From NCBI RefSeq assembly GCF_000143415.4, contig NW_003314326.1, positions 372,001 to 436,000 of the forward strand: a DNA stretch of 64,000 bases, in the 5' to 3' direction. Both the position numbers and the translations under genes were made by a program. This document shows positions 35,846-49,582 of the stretch, in pieces. Below the pieces are notes generated by a model. It worked only from the letters and a program-made list of their open reading frames with translations, was not told the DNA's origin and did not search any database. The stretch comes from Selaginella moellendorffii. Taxonomy: Eukaryota > Plantae > Lycopodiophyta. How positions within the stretch are numbered: the first letter of the stretch is position 1; every line of letters starts with the position of its first letter.

Positions 35846-36039
35846 TGTAAGCTTCTAAATTTAGACTTCTCGGGAGGTCACCCAACCCAATACTATTCAA
35901 ACCCAAGGATGCTTAACCCCAAATATCCCAAGACCCTTAACCAATTGAAAAAGGGGGTGCACTCTTATTCATGGGCCCTTTCCCTTTATATTTGAACCTC
36001 ATGGATCATCTCTTAAGTTGTTCTCTTTAGTTGCTTACA
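35846..36039 (-). mobile_element. Cassandra-like solo LTR with 5S-derived core
   Basis: 194 bp, TGTAAG...CTTACA, perfect TSD ATGGG, reverse complement of 12614-12808. The left junction is duplicated in a ~76-bp tandem (35722-35873). Confidence 0.88.
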
Positions 36040-37841
36040 ATGGGATTACATTGGAGCTGGGGACACGGCCAATTTATATGCGTCCATTTCAATTAAGTTA
36101 TGCGGAGGAGCAAAAAGTTCAATGACAAGTCAAAGAGTTACTTGAGTTTTGATTTATTCAACTAAGTAAGTCTCCGTTTGGTGCTCTGGTCTTGCTTGTG
36201 AAGAAGAAGGATGGTTCAATACGAATGTGTATTGACTATTGTGCCTTGAACAAAAAAGACAGTGAAGGATAAAATGCCGATGCTATGTGTGGATGATATC
36301 CTAGACAAGCTTAGTGAAGCACGAGTGTTTACCAAGATTGATTTGAGGAGTGGATATCATCAAATTGCAATGGATGATGCATCTATCTCTAAGATGGCAT
36401 TCAACATCAGCTTCGGACATTTTGAGTTTACAGTTATGCTATTTGGTTTAACAAATGCACTAGCCACATTTACTCGGTTGATAACAGACATATTTGGGCA
36501 TTATCTTCATGAGTTTGTGGAGATTTCTTTGGACAATATTCTTGTTTTCAACAAGAACATGAAAGAGCATAAGGTGCATTTGCGCAAGGTTCTTTTCTTA
36601 CTCCGAGACAACAAACTTTATGTGAAGAAGAGCAAATGTGAGTTTACAAAGTCGGAGGTGGAATATTTTGGCCATATTGTGACATCTAAGGGTGTCAAGA
36701 CAAATCCAAGGAAGGTGGCTATGGTGGAAAACTGATCTACACCAAATATAGTGGCCGAGTTGTGCAGTTTTCTTGGTATGGCTAGTTACTACTGATGTTT
36801 TTAGCATAAGTTTGTAGAGGTGGCTATTCCTTTGATGCAATTGCTACGCAAAAACGTACCATTCGAGTGGAAGAAGCCACAAAAGGAGTGTTTTATGGCA
36901 CCAAAATGATTGTTGAGCAAGACTCTAGTGCTTCGCATTGCTGATCCATCAAAACCTTACGAGGTGACATGTGATGTGAGTGGTTATGCACTGGGAGGAG
37001 TTCTCATGCAAGAGGGAGAGCCTATTGCATATGAAAGTTGAACTTTGAATTTTGCAAAACAACGTTATTCCACATATGAGCGAGAGTTATTCTTTATTGT
37101 TCATGCTTTGCAGACGTGGTGGCACTATCTTTATGATGCAGTGTTCGTGGTGTTGACAGATCACAAACCACTTGTGTATCTTTTCACACAGAAGGAGTTG
37201 AATATTAAGCAAGCTTGTTAGATGGTCAAACTCATGGAGTTTGGGGATTTTCCTATTGAGCATCGTCCAGGAAAATCAAATGTGGTGGCAGATGCTTTAT
37301 TTCATGTTCGTCATGTAACGACATTACAAACATGATTTTGTCATTATTTGAATAAGGTGGTCAGTGAGTTTGGACAGTTGCTTGAGCGTGCTCAAGCTCA
37401 GGATGCTAAGGTGGCCTCTTTGCAAAACTAGATAGAAGCCCTTTCTCATTGGTGGATGGGATTTTCTGGCCATGTATATTTGCCACGGGTGGATGCGTTA
37501 ATTACTCAAGTTTTATTCCACTATCATGATCATCTAAAGGCTGGTCATTTTGGGGGAAAGAAGATATATGAGTTGATTAAGTGCAATTTTTATTGGAGGA
37601 ATATGAAGGCTAATATCCTCAAGTATTGTAAATCATGTGAGCTTTGTCAGCAGGTTAAGGTGCCATGGGAGAAGTCAGGGGGACTTTTGCAACCAAACTA
37701 AGTCCTTACTTTGCCATGTTTGGAAGGCATCCCCGAATAGCGGTGGAATTGGGATTACATTTGAGTAAGGACGTTCAAGATAAACTTAATTCCAAGGTAA
37801 CTCATTTGGCCACAGAACTGGATGAGATTCTAGTGGTGTGC

Positions 37842-38989
37842 TGTAGCGCACCTTATTTCTCTCCCCTTAAGCCAATTGGAAAAAGGGCAATTGCTTGATG
37901 GGAGAGCCCTTAATGGCTATTTTATCCCCATTTATCCCCTAAGGTTCTAAAGATCTACGGTGATAATATATTTAAATCTCATCCTATGATCACATGCGCT
38001 ACATTCACCCCCCCTTTAGAGATGTCAATGTCCTCATTGACTATTAACTAACAACCCCTACTGAGCCAAGGGGAACCAGTACCTCCATTTTCGCACTCAA
38101 TCTACCAATCCTTCCATTGGTTCAAAGCCAATTGGAAAAGGGGCAATTGCTTGATGAGAGAGCCCTTAATGGCTATTTTATCCCCATTTATTCCCTAAGG
38201 TTCCAAGGATCTACGGTGATAGTATATCTAAATCTCATCCCATGATCACATGCGCTACACTCACCCCCCCTTTAAAGATGTCAATGTCCTCATTGACTAT
38301 TAACTAACAACCCCTATTGAGCCAAGGGGAACCAATACCTCCATTTTCGCACTCAATCTACCAATCCTTCCATTAGTTTAAAGCCAATTGGAAAAGGGGC
38401 AATTGCTTGATGAGAGAGCCTTTAATGGCTATTTTATCCCCATTTATCCCCTAAGGTTCCAAGGATCTACAGTGATAGTATATTTAAATCTCATCCCATG
38501 ATCACATGCGCTACACTCATCCCCCCTTTAGAGATGTCAATGTCTTCATTGACTATTAACTAACAACCCCTACTGAGCCAAGGGGAACCAGTACCTTCAT
38601 TTTTGCACTCAATTTACCAATCCTTCCATTGTGTAGACCAGCTAGTCCCACAGTGGATACCTTCGTCTGGGATACTCCTGAAGAGGAATGGATGCCATAC
38701 ATGGATGCCCAATACATACAATTTTCAAATTTAGGGGTAGGAATATGCCTTGCTCAAGGGTATATTATATTTTAAGTAGCCACTAATCAATGAGAATTGA
38801 ACCCATGCCATTTGCTCCGATACCAACTATAGCGCACTTTATCTCTCTCCCCTTAAGCCAACTGGAAAAAGGGCAATTGTTTAATAAGAGAGCCTTTAGT
38901 GGTTATTTTATCCCCATTTATCCCCCAAGGTTCTAAGGATTTACGGTAACAGTATATCCAAATCTCATCCTATAATCACATGCACTACA
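37842..38989 (-). mobile_element. TRIM (miniature LTR element) with an internal 256-bp tandem array
   Basis: 162-bp LTRs 37842-38003 and 38828-38989, perfect TSD TGTGC, minus-strand PBS TGGTATCGGAGC (38825-38814) and a G-run PPT. The unit repeats at 37869, 38125 and 38381. Confidence 0.9.
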
Positions 38990-40242
38990 TGTGCAAACAG
39001 AATTTGCAGGCAGCTTAGGATAGAGCGGAGAAGTTTTCTAATGAGTATCGCCAATTCCAGGAATATAAGGTGGGTGATCTCATCTTCGTGCGAATAATTT
39101 TTCTGTCAAGTGAGCAGCAGAACACCTTGGTGCCTTTATGGATAAGGAAGAGTGATAAACTTTCCCATTGATATGCTGGTCTATATGAAATGTTGGAGTG
39201 CATTGGTAAAGTAGCTTATCGAGTGTGGCTGCCAGCTGGGGTGAAAATTCATCTGGTATTTTATGTCAGCTAGTTAAAAGGTGTACTATCTCAGAGTGAC
39301 AGGCCCAATGCCTCCTTGATGTATACGGCTGTTGAAGATGGACCAAGAGCTTGAGTAGGGTTCCCCATAAAAGGTGATCATCGGTATAACTCGTCCTTAG
39401 GACAAGGACTTTGTTGGGGGGGAAGAATTGTTAGGTGCCAACTTTGACCACGTGGTCAACTTCAGTCAAAGGGAGGCTCAAGGGTATATTAAAACATGTT
39501 AAGGTAAAGGACTTAACCTACCCTAGGGCTCACAGTGGAGTGGCGGCATAGTGGAGCTTTTGAGGTAGCTCGGGGGTGGTTGGGTGGTGAGGAATCTCAA
39601 AAGGTGGTATAACATAGTCTAGGGTGGCTATCTCTGTCTTTTTGCACCAGATCATAACATCTTAACTCTAAGAATCAAAGGATAAATGAATTGTTAATGC
39701 TCCTTGAACTGCTAAAGCATTACCCCCACTCTTTTAAATTTGGTATAATGCCTTAGAAGAACTATTAGTTGAAATAAAAATAAAATTATCTAGAGTTGAT
39801 TATTCCTTGCTATTAGTGTTATCTGAACCTAACCCAAATGAGAGTTTAACCCTATATTTATGTTTCTATAATTAAAACCTATAAAAAAACATAGAAGTTT
39901 ATATTAATACTTTTCTTTTGAAAGTTTCTTTTCATTACAATATTTCTTTAAAAAGGGTTAATTAAAATTTATTATTCTATTAAATTTTAAATACCTCTTG
40001 AAGGGTATGAAAGCCATTAAAATTGAGGTATGATAGAGAAATTGATTAGTTGACCAAATTCTATTTAGAATGATTAAGTCTAACCATGGATCTCTTCTCA
40101 CTAAAACATTTTGGTTTTGACCAACTATATAGCTATATAGCCATATGGCCAATTGGTTTATAATTTATTTTTATTATAAAATAATTGAAATGATATTGTA
40201 GAAGTAGGATTACTAAAAGTAGAAAGATTAAATTACTCTGGT

Positions 40243-40415
40243 GTAAGTGATTAGATTTTTAGTCACTTAACCATATATTTAACCACTTTAAGGAATCTCA
40301 CTAACTTGGGGTACTTGCTAAAACTACTAATAATGGCTTCAAAGCCATATTGACTTTGTATTTAATTCAAGTGCTCCATGTGTCAAAGTCCGACACATCC
40401 AAAGATACTATTGCC
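40243..40415 (-). mobile_element. Short decayed fragment of the large-LTR end
   Basis: TGTAAGTGATTAGATTTTTAGTCACTTAACC...CAAGTGCTCCATGTGTC matches the reverse complement of ~20690-20870 with deletions. Confidence 0.6.
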
Positions 40416-40572
40416 AATTTAGGGTTTAAAATTTGTTAATAAGTTAAGTATATTCTAAAACATTAAAAGTTATTTCTCTTCTATTTGACATATGTCATAC
40501 TTCTGTATAATAATACAGGTATATAACCTAATATTAAAATTGTTCTACTATATTCTTATTATATATGTTATT

Positions 40573-41448
40573 ATGGCTTTATATTACTTAATCCTATTAG
40601 TTTTATTATTTTTTCGTCTTCAAAGTCTAAGTTGTAGTTATATGGAAGCTGATTTTGGAAAAGAGAATGAAATAAATTCTCATGATATGAATTTAATTTG
40701 GATAGGTTTTTCAAATTTAATAGGAAAAATAACTCATACAAATTTAGAAAGATACCTACCAGAATGGTATAATATAGATTACGTTCTTCTGTCAAGAGGA
40801 GTGGCAATTATTAAAATAATATGAACATGTGGTGCATATAGTACAGCTAAACCAGAAAATGTATATAAAGGTTTTAATAGTATTTTAAAAGGAAGTAAAA
40901 GTATTTTAATTGCAAAAGCTGCAGAATGGGCTATTTTTAAAGCACGAACATACACTATTTATTATAGTTTAGATGGTCAATCTGAACCTGAGCAATTCTA
41001 CAAAAGAAACTATAATACAAACTCATTCTCCACATGTAATATATTTTTCAGCAGTTTAATAAGTAGAAAACCTTTTAATACCTTATTTTCTACTTATTTC
41101 TTAATGTCTCCAAACCACCGAAACATATTATATTTACAAAGTGATTGCAACCTAGTTTTATTTTCAGGAGTAAATAAAATTTGGGATTCTGAATGAGGAA
41201 GAAACAGGGTTTTATTTTGTAAACTTAGAATACAAAACGATGGAAATCTGATTTTATTATCAAATGAGAAGATAGAATGGTTTATGATTAATAAATATTG
41301 TCTACAACGTTTAAAGTCCGATTGCTATAATGACTCTATACTTAAAGTTCAAGATGATTGTAATATAGTAATATATTCTTTAAAATCTCCAAATATTCCT
41401 ACATGGGATACAAAGACAAATAATCATAAATTATGCCTACCTAATTAA
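40573..41448 (+). pseudogene. Secreted bulb-type lectin-domain gene, copy 2 (two in-frame stops)
   Basis: 292-codon frame collinear with copy 1. TGA at 40822 and 41194 where copy 1 has Arg and Ser. Confidence 0.82.
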
Positions 41449-41631
41449 AGATAAATTGTTTGTATCATAATTTGTGCACGAGCAGTTTTTTAAAGAGTTG
41501 AGTGAGAAGTCTCAATGCTAGCTCTTTCCTCAGCTGTCTTGATGCGCTTAAGCGGCCTTAAGTCGTGGACATGGAGCACACTGGTTTGGACATCTTCGTG
41601 CTCCACCAAGTCCTCTACAAATGCATTGAAA

Positions 41632-42365
41632 NNNNNNNNNNNNNNNNNNNNNNNNNNNNNNNNNNNNNNNNNNNNNNNNNNNNNNNNNNNNNNNNNNNNN
41701 NNNNNNNNNNNNNNNNNNNNNNNNNNNNNNNNNNNNNNNNNNNNNNNNNNNNNNNNNNNNNNNNNNNNNNNNNNNNNNNNNNNNNNNNNNNNNNNNNNNN
41801 NNNNNNNNNNNNNNNNNNNNNNNNNNNNNNNNNNNNNNNNNNNNNNNNNNNNNNNNNNNNNNNNNNNNNNNNNNNNNNNNNNNNNNNNNNNNNNNNNNNN
41901 NNNNNNNNNNNNNNNNNNNNNNNNNNNNNNNNNNNNNNNNNNNNNNNNNNNNNNNNNNNNNNNNNNNNNNNNNNNNNNNNNNNNNNNNNNNNNNNNNNNN
42001 NNNNNNNNNNNNNNNNNNNNNNNNNNNNNNNNNNNNNNNNNNNNNNNNNNNNNNNNNNNNNNNNNNNNNNNNNNNNNNNNNNNNNNNNNNNNNNNNNNNN
42101 NNNNNNNNNNNNNNNNNNNNNNNNNNNNNNNNNNNNNNNNNNNNNNNNNNNNNNNNNNNNNNNNNNNNNNNNNNNNNNNNNNNNNNNNNNNNNNNNNNNN
42201 NNNNNNNNNNNNNNNNNNNNNNNNNNNNNNNNNNNNNNNNNNNNNNNNNNNNNNNNNNNNNNNNNNNNNNNNNNNNNNNNNNNNNNNNNNNNNNNNNNNN
42301 NNNNNNNNNNNNNNNNNNNNNNNNNNNNNNNNNNNNNNNNNNNNNNNNNNNNNNNNNNNNNNNNN
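41632..42365. other. Assembly gap (734 N)
   Basis: Run of N. Confidence 1.
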
Positions 42366-42782
42366 ACAATTCATGTTTTTATCCTGAACGAGTTCCCATT
42401 GCTGGATGAACAGCCATTCTATTTCCCCACGGGATGGCAGCATGAGCTCCTCTACCAGTGTGAGAGGATGAGCAAAAGCCTGCCCTTCACTCATTAGAGT
42501 CCTGTCTGTGCGTGAAACTTGAACCAGTCTCTTGCTCCTCTTGTGTCACACTCTCATCCAAACCCTAAGCTGAAAACTTGTTGGTGACTGGAAACCTTCA
42601 TCCACTTTGATGATGTCTAGTAGAAAGTTGCCAGAATATCCTCATGGTAACAGTTCGCAGTGATCTGTCAAGATGGTGAAATTTAGGGATCCACCAAGGC
42701 AAGAATATTCTCTATTCTCCTCTTCAAGAATATTCTTTGTTTGAGAATATTCATGTCATGAAACCACTTTTAGATGAATCTC

Positions 42783-42977
42783 TTCCACAGCGATGCCTAG
42801 AGTGTTGCCCAGCAAGACATATGAGGAGCAATCCTCAAGGTCTACTGCCACGACATCCCAGGCTATCCACGCGACATGGCTCATGTCTTTGTGGACCTTG
42901 CATGCCACCAGCAGCATCCCCAACACCACCTCGTCATGGATGAATGGCATGGTGGCAATGAGTTCTTCTGCATTGGA
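42783..42977 (-). pseudogene. Inverted duplicate of the 3' end (E domain) of PPR 6440..8542
   Basis: SNAEELIATMPFIHDEVVLGMLLVACKVHKD...DCSSYVLLGNTLGIAVEE versus SSAEELIATMPFIPDEVAWGMLLAACKVHKD...DCSSYVSLGNTLGVAVEE. Confidence 0.9.
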
Positions 42978-42979
42978 CA

Positions 42980-45900
42980 TTTGGGATTTTTGTTTAGATT
43001 TAGCTTTTACATTGTCTAAATCTCACTTTCCTTATAGCTTTTCCAGTTTCTTTTCTTTTGCTTTTTTTTTCCATTCATTTTCATGGTGGAGTAGCAGCCT
43101 CCTCCTCTTTTGACCCTAGAGCAGCAGTTGGTGCAATTGCTCAATGCTATATAGTTGCAATTAAATAATCAAACTCAATTGATAGCAACATTCATGGCAC
43201 ATGGTACACCTTCTCCTTCTCTTATTGCCAATCCCAATGTCCGACCGGAGTTATTCTGTGGAAATCCTAAGGATGATATGTACTATTAGTCCATCATTTT
43301 ATAATGATTGCTACATATCATTTTTGGGATAATATTTGGTATTTACATGAGTTTCTTACATGTCTCCAAGAGATGGTCTTGTAGTGGTACAATGGTTTGA
43401 GTGTAACTACTCATGCAAATTAAAGCATTCTCCTCGATATCTTCAAATGCCCATTTAGACATGCCAACAATTGTGATAATGTTTTTCAACAATTGCATCA
43501 TCTTTGTTAAGGGTCATCTGAGTCAATAATATAATTTAGCATTCATTTTTGGAGCCTTTTGCTTCATGTGGAGTAAAATATATCAAAGCAGATCAAGTTG
43601 GGAATGTTGTGGCCAACACTTCATCAAGATCTTGTAAAATTTGTGCATGCATTTACTTCAGTCACCTTTGATATTAGTCTTTACTTGACACAACATTATA
43701 AAATATCACCTTTTCCACTTCTTATTACATGTCTTTCAACTCCACTTCTTGTAGGAGATAGTTTTGTTTTAATAGAAGTTGATGCTGCTATTACCTAAGT
43801 TTAAGGACAAGGGTGAGGATGTGGTTGTGGCTATGATATTTGCTGTTAGGTGTATGATGAAGAAGGTCACACTTATCAATGTTGTCGACTTTTTTCAAAT
43901 TAGCAATCTTCATTTCCTGAATAGAGATCTTGGTGTCAACAATGTCCTATTGGTGCTATTGCAATAAAAGTTTTAGACACTAAGATGTTTTTGGGAAATG
44001 AGGAGTTATGCGAATAACAGAGGGTCCTTACACAAATAAGTCAATGATCTCTTCATTTTTTTTTTAGGAGTATTATCAAGGGATTCACTCAGCACCAGTT
44101 CATCCAGTATTTACCTTTCAACCTCGTTTTTATAACAAAAAGTTGTAAGGAACCAACTTCCCAAGGTGTCATAGTTTAAAAGATCCCTAAAACCATGATC
44201 GATCGAAATGATAAAGAATTCATTAGATGAGATTGAGTTTGAGACCAAGTTTGAGATTAAGTTCGAGACCGAGTTCAAGACTGAGTTTAAGATCCGAGAT
44301 CAAGTTTGAGACTGAGTCCGAGATCGAGTCCAAGACCAAGTCATAGCATTGCATAGGGTTCCAAAAGTATAGTAGGGATAGTGATTTCCAGAAACTAGTT
44401 TTGAAGGAACTCTTCAATAGTGTTTCCAAATCAATTTAAGGTTGGGACTGGGGGTTAAGGGCCTTGGGTGGAAGTGAGCATGAATTTGATCGGGTGGTGC
44501 TAAAAAGGCTAACTGAGGAAGTGCTTAAGAAGAGCTCCCACTCTCGGAAGGGAAACCGACTGTAGTGCTCCCAACTCAAGTGGGATGGTGCCCTATTTAA
44601 GTACTCTGTGGCTTATTAGTCCTTGCTCCTTCCTAAGGGTTTGAGCCTTCCCTTTGAGAGTATGGGTACTCAGTAAGGGTACCCATACTAGGCCATTAAG
44701 CCATAGTGTTTCCCCTCAAGGTCTCAAAGTAAGAGATGCACCCAAGGCAAGGTCCCATGATCAAGTCTTGCTATACCACAGGATGTTAAGAACTTGGTGG
44801 TTTGGTGTGTTTGGATATTTATGCCTGTAGGGATTGTAGCTAAACCTTAAATTTAATTTAACCCGGGGAAGGGGATTGGGAGAAAATTTGAGAATTCATG
44901 GATGGATGGTTAACATTCTGTTGTTTGTATAGTCAGTTATTGAAATTAAGTAGGACCAAGTAAGAGCTAGTACAATAGGTGGGAACCTTGGTAAGGGAAC
45001 TTAACTAAGGCCAAGGTAGTGATGGTTAGATAAACGAGGTAAGTTAGTAAATTGAAAAGGAAAATTTATGATTTACAAAGGTTTCTTATTATTCTTTTTG
45101 TGTTGATTAATATAGGCTTGTGTTTATCTTTTATTACTCAGCCTATTGCCACATGGTGCCATCTTCATTTGTGTTGAATAGTAGAGCCAATTTTCATTTT
45201 TTATAACAACGGCTATACACACGTATGTACAGGGGATAAGATGGACCTAGTTGTGCATGTGGGTGATCTTAACCTTAAGCTATAGTCATTGCAAGTGGCA
45301 CCGATTCAAACTTTTAACCTCATTCCTAATATGTATTGGCAGTAGTGCAATTATACCAAATATGAATTTAAGGCTTCTCCCCCTTGTCTCACACTTCCTT
45401 ATATTGTTTTTATTCCTTTTACTTTTATTACTCTTTATCCCTTTATTTTTACCTCTAATTCCATCACTTTGGTTTCTTCATTATTTTTTCCTATATTTTT
45501 GTCTTGTTTCTTTATTCCTTCTTTAAATCCCTCTAATGATCTTTGTGTTGTAGCAATTCATCAAATTATAAAGGAGTATGCTAATCTAATTGAATTTGAC
45601 TTATTATCTATAGCCAAGATTGCAACAAGTCATCCTATTCCAACTAGGGATGCTCATCTAATCAAGGTTTTTTTTTTGTATCAGTCACTAAAAGAGATTA
45701 AAATTTTACATACAAACGTTAAAAAGATGTTGGAAAAGAGTGTTATTTGAAAGTCATGGAATCCTTGAGCATAAGAACCTCATCTTATGATAAAGCTTGA
45801 TAGGAGTATTTGTTTCTGCATTGACTATTATCCATTAAACAAAATAATGATTCCAAATGTGTACCCTCTTCCTCACTTTGCTAATTTTTTAGATCATTTA

Positions 45901-48601
45901 AGGAAAAGTCATTGGTTCACCAAATTAGATTTTACTTCTGGGTATTAGCCAATGTTAATGGCCGAGGAAGATATTTCTAAGATTTTTTTTGTAAATCATT
46001 TGATTTGTATAAGGTCTTAGTGATATTGTTTGGTTTAAACAATGCTCTAGCAACATTCCAGGGGATAATAGATGAGGTTACTATTGACTTTATTAATGAT
46101 GTCTTGATCCACTCAAAAGGGACATAGGAGGAATATGTCCATAATAGTTGTAAAGTGTTAGATCAGTTATGGGAAGTTGGTTTAAAGCTGAAGTGATCAA
46201 AGTGCATGTTCCTAAACATAACTTATCTCAGGTACCATATTTCTCGTGAAGGTTTGCAAGTTGATCCTAACAAATTTGTTGATTTTAACTTCCTTACTCC
46301 AAAGTGTGTGAATGATGTGTAATGTTTCTTAAGCAATGTGTAATATTTTGGTTGTTTCATTGATTATCTTTTTAATTATACTGTATTGTTGCGAGCATTG
46401 TTGAAGTTATTAGTGTTGTCTTTCATCTAGTCTATGGACTATGAGTGGGTATTTATGGATATTAAAGAGATGTTGATGACTCCTCTGGTTTTGGCATAAT
46501 TTAACTACACTTAACTTTTTATTTTATAAATAAATGTTTTTGATATCGGTCTTAGAGCCAACATGACCAATGGATACTCCAAAAGTGACCTGAAGGTACC
46601 AATCCACAAATTCAAATGTACCTAATTAGTGCCATCCTATTGCATACATTAGTTGTACATTACAACCAACAGATGTGAATTACTCCATGATAAAAATAGA
46701 GTATTTAGCAACAGTTTTGGGTTTCAAGAAACTTCATGTATATCTACATTGTTTTTAAATATTACTAAAAAGTGATTATACTGCAGTTACTTCATTATTG
46801 AAGTAGAAGAACTTGATTAGTCATATTGTTTGGTGGGCTTTGAATCTTTAAATATATGATTTCGATGTTATTTATTACCCGAGGAGTTTTATGATTGATG
46901 TTGATACTCTTTCTTTATCTCTTCTTCCTTTTTCACTCTCTTCTCATATTTCTGACAAATTTGATATTCTAGTATCTGTGGATTTTTTGGACAAGAATTC
47001 TATACCATTGACTGTTGTTATACTTGATATTTAGTATTCATAAAGTGTAAAGCAAGATTTACCTTCTCTTGATAAAATTCATGTGAGCCGTGAATTTGAA
47101 GGCTTTGCGATGGGTTTGAGAAATCTATATCACTTCTTGATGACTTGCCATTTGAAATTTACATTCTCAATATCGTTTTAAAAAAGACATTTTTCATTTT
47201 ATGGGGATAGATCTTGATGATCATTTATAGTTGGTGGTGCCTTTAATCTTTATTCTATACTTTCTTTATGTCTACCATGATTCTCCTATTTTAGGCAAAT
47301 ATATAAGACATCATTATATGACCAAAAAGCTGTGCAAATCTTTCTATTGACTGAAGATGCAACGTGATGTTATTCGGCATATGCATAACTGCATTTGGTG
47401 CCAAGCTCATAATACTCCTCTTTGTGTTACAAAAGGATAGTTAGAGTTAATTGCAATTTCCCATTTATTTGAGTTCGTGGCATTTGATCTAATGTGGCTT
47501 TTTCTAATATCGACTATTGACAATAAATATGTCATTATTACTTCTAACTACTTGATTTGTTGGGTGGAAGTTAGTACTCTTACTAGTGTGTTTACAATTA
47601 TTATTGAATACTTCTTCCTCAATCAAATGGTGTTTTAACATTCCTATTTAGAGAAAATTCTTTTGAATAATGGTTGAGGCATTTCATATTTTAATATCTT
47701 AGTTAGGGATATACCACACTTTCACAAGTGTTTATCATCCACAGTCAGATGGTTTGGTGGAATGGCTTGTTCGAATCTTCAAAGGGATGATCGTGAAAGA
47801 TATAAACTTTCAACATTCGGATTAGGATAATTATTTACTGTCTCTTTGATATGCATATATCATAGGGGTGTAGAGTTCTATTAGTGCTTCACCATATAAA
47901 CTAATATATAGTCATGATCCAATATTGCAATGAAATTGAGTTTACCTTCACGATTGCTACAAGCAGCTAATGCTAGGTTTTAGGATTAATATTTAACAAA
48001 CATTCTTCTATTGGTCTGAGTAGAGTTTGCTGAACACTTGGGCCACATATAAATGGGACAACAATAACATTACAACTCCCATCATCATCCACCTACAGAG
48101 TACAAAGTGGATGATTTAATGTTAATCCATGTTCTCAATTTTATAGTACGTGGTTTTTTTAAGAGGCTTCTTATTTAGTAGAAGAGACCCTATCAGATGT
48201 TGTGCCAAGCTAGACTGCAAATTTATGAGGTTTGGCATAACATCCAACAAGTGGATCCTCCTGAAATTATATATATATAATAGTTAAAACATTTTATACA
48301 AAAGGATCAAGAACAACTAACACCATCTACAATTCCATTAATACCTCCTCCTAATGTTCCTTTAAATCCCAGCCCATTTACTAAATAACCTTAATTGCCT
48401 TCTATCCTTTTGAGAGGAGGGGAAGATATGAGGTCCAAATATACAATTACAATGTTGTATATTAATTTTAACATAGTGGAATTTTGATAGCCGTTTAATT
48501 TGTTTTAATGTGGACCACTCGCTCCTATATATAAGCCAAGGCTTTTGGGTTAATTCATATATACATTTTTGTATTCCATTTCCATATTCCATGCACTCAT
48601 A
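42980..48601 (+). mobile_element. Heavily decayed Ty3/gypsy element, same family as 60725-64000 (5' LTR lost)
   Basis: gag/pol collinear with 61100-64000, with integrase remnants at 47200-48300. PPT GAGAGGAGGGGAAGA precedes a 3' LTR 48427-48601 that matches 60725-60900. Confidence 0.88.
44144..45077 (+). mobile_element. Solo LTR (family of the 11060-12254 LTR) inserted in the gypsy element
   Basis: TGTAAG...TTTACA termini and near-perfect TSD AAAGT/AAGGT. The host sequence is uninterrupted at ~62180 in the sister element. Confidence 0.85.
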
Positions 48602-49582
48602 CATATAAAGGTAATTTATAATAATTTATATTTTTAATGTCAAAATTTAGTAAATCTAAAATTAATTATATATGGTATATCTAAAATTAAATTCAAAAGA
48701 TATTCCTAAATTTGAAAATCAACCCCTCAAAGTTTAAAAGTAGCCTCTTGATTGGGGTAAAATATAGGTGGTGTTTAGTGGATGCATCAGTACAGAATTG
48801 TGATGAAACCTTAGTTTTAAAGTTTTTCCCGTCACTAAAATATACTTTTAATTATTTAAAAATTTATATATTTTAGGTTGATTTCATAATTATAATATAA
48901 AAATATCAATATAATAAAATAAATTTAAAAACTAATATATAATATAATATATATATATATATAACACTTTTTGGAATCCTTTATGCTCCATAGAGTGAAA
49001 TGTTTCAAACTTTTTTTGACTTAAAATTAAATAAATTATATTCATATAGTATTTAAATAATTTATAAACAAATTTAAACAAGTAATTATACATTTGTATT
49101 TTTATTTTCTAACATGTTTCAACCAACATTACAGCAAATTAAAATCGCAAAAAACAAACAAATGTATTCTACCTATTTTATATATCTACCACAAATGTTA
49201 TCTGGCATGATATATTCCCGAAGTGTATCCTCAAACAAATTATTATCTCTGGCATATTCTTGCCTTAGTCTGAACTTCAAAAAACGCTTTGCAGGTTATC
49301 TTTTTCTTAAATTTCCTCACTATTGATTCGCTGTCTGTCCACGGAGAAGCTGGCTGCATTCCGCAGCGCATTCATTGGTGGCGGGTAAATAAGAGGTAGA
49401 TCTGATCCATGGAATGGAGGGAGTGAAGCAGTCAATCCAGCAACAAACCATTCCAACAAGAAACCAAAAAAAAAACAACCGAAGAACACTCTGTGGCTCT
49501 AGAGAAGAGAGAGAGAGAGAGAGAGGAGCAAGCGCTCCCAATATCCATTCCAATTAGCTGCTGCCAAGGTAAAATTAGAGCA

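Larger units (their letters stand above)
35080..39659 (+). mobile_element. Decayed Ty3/gypsy element (pol remnants and 3' LTR)
   Basis: Protease (ILLNSGSDNNF), RT (FTKIDLRSGYHQI; ISLDNILV), RNase H, integrase HHCC and a GPY/F-like tail. PPT GGGGGGAAGAA is followed by a probable LTR 39429-39659 (TGTTAG...ATAACA). Confidence 0.88.

Noticed and set aside
37869-38630. CRISPR-like or satellite array
   Set aside because: Whole 256-bp units repeat without unique spacers, and the array is explained by TRIM structure in a eukaryote.
41490-42497. ORFs spanning poly-X
   Set aside because: Artefacts of the N gap.
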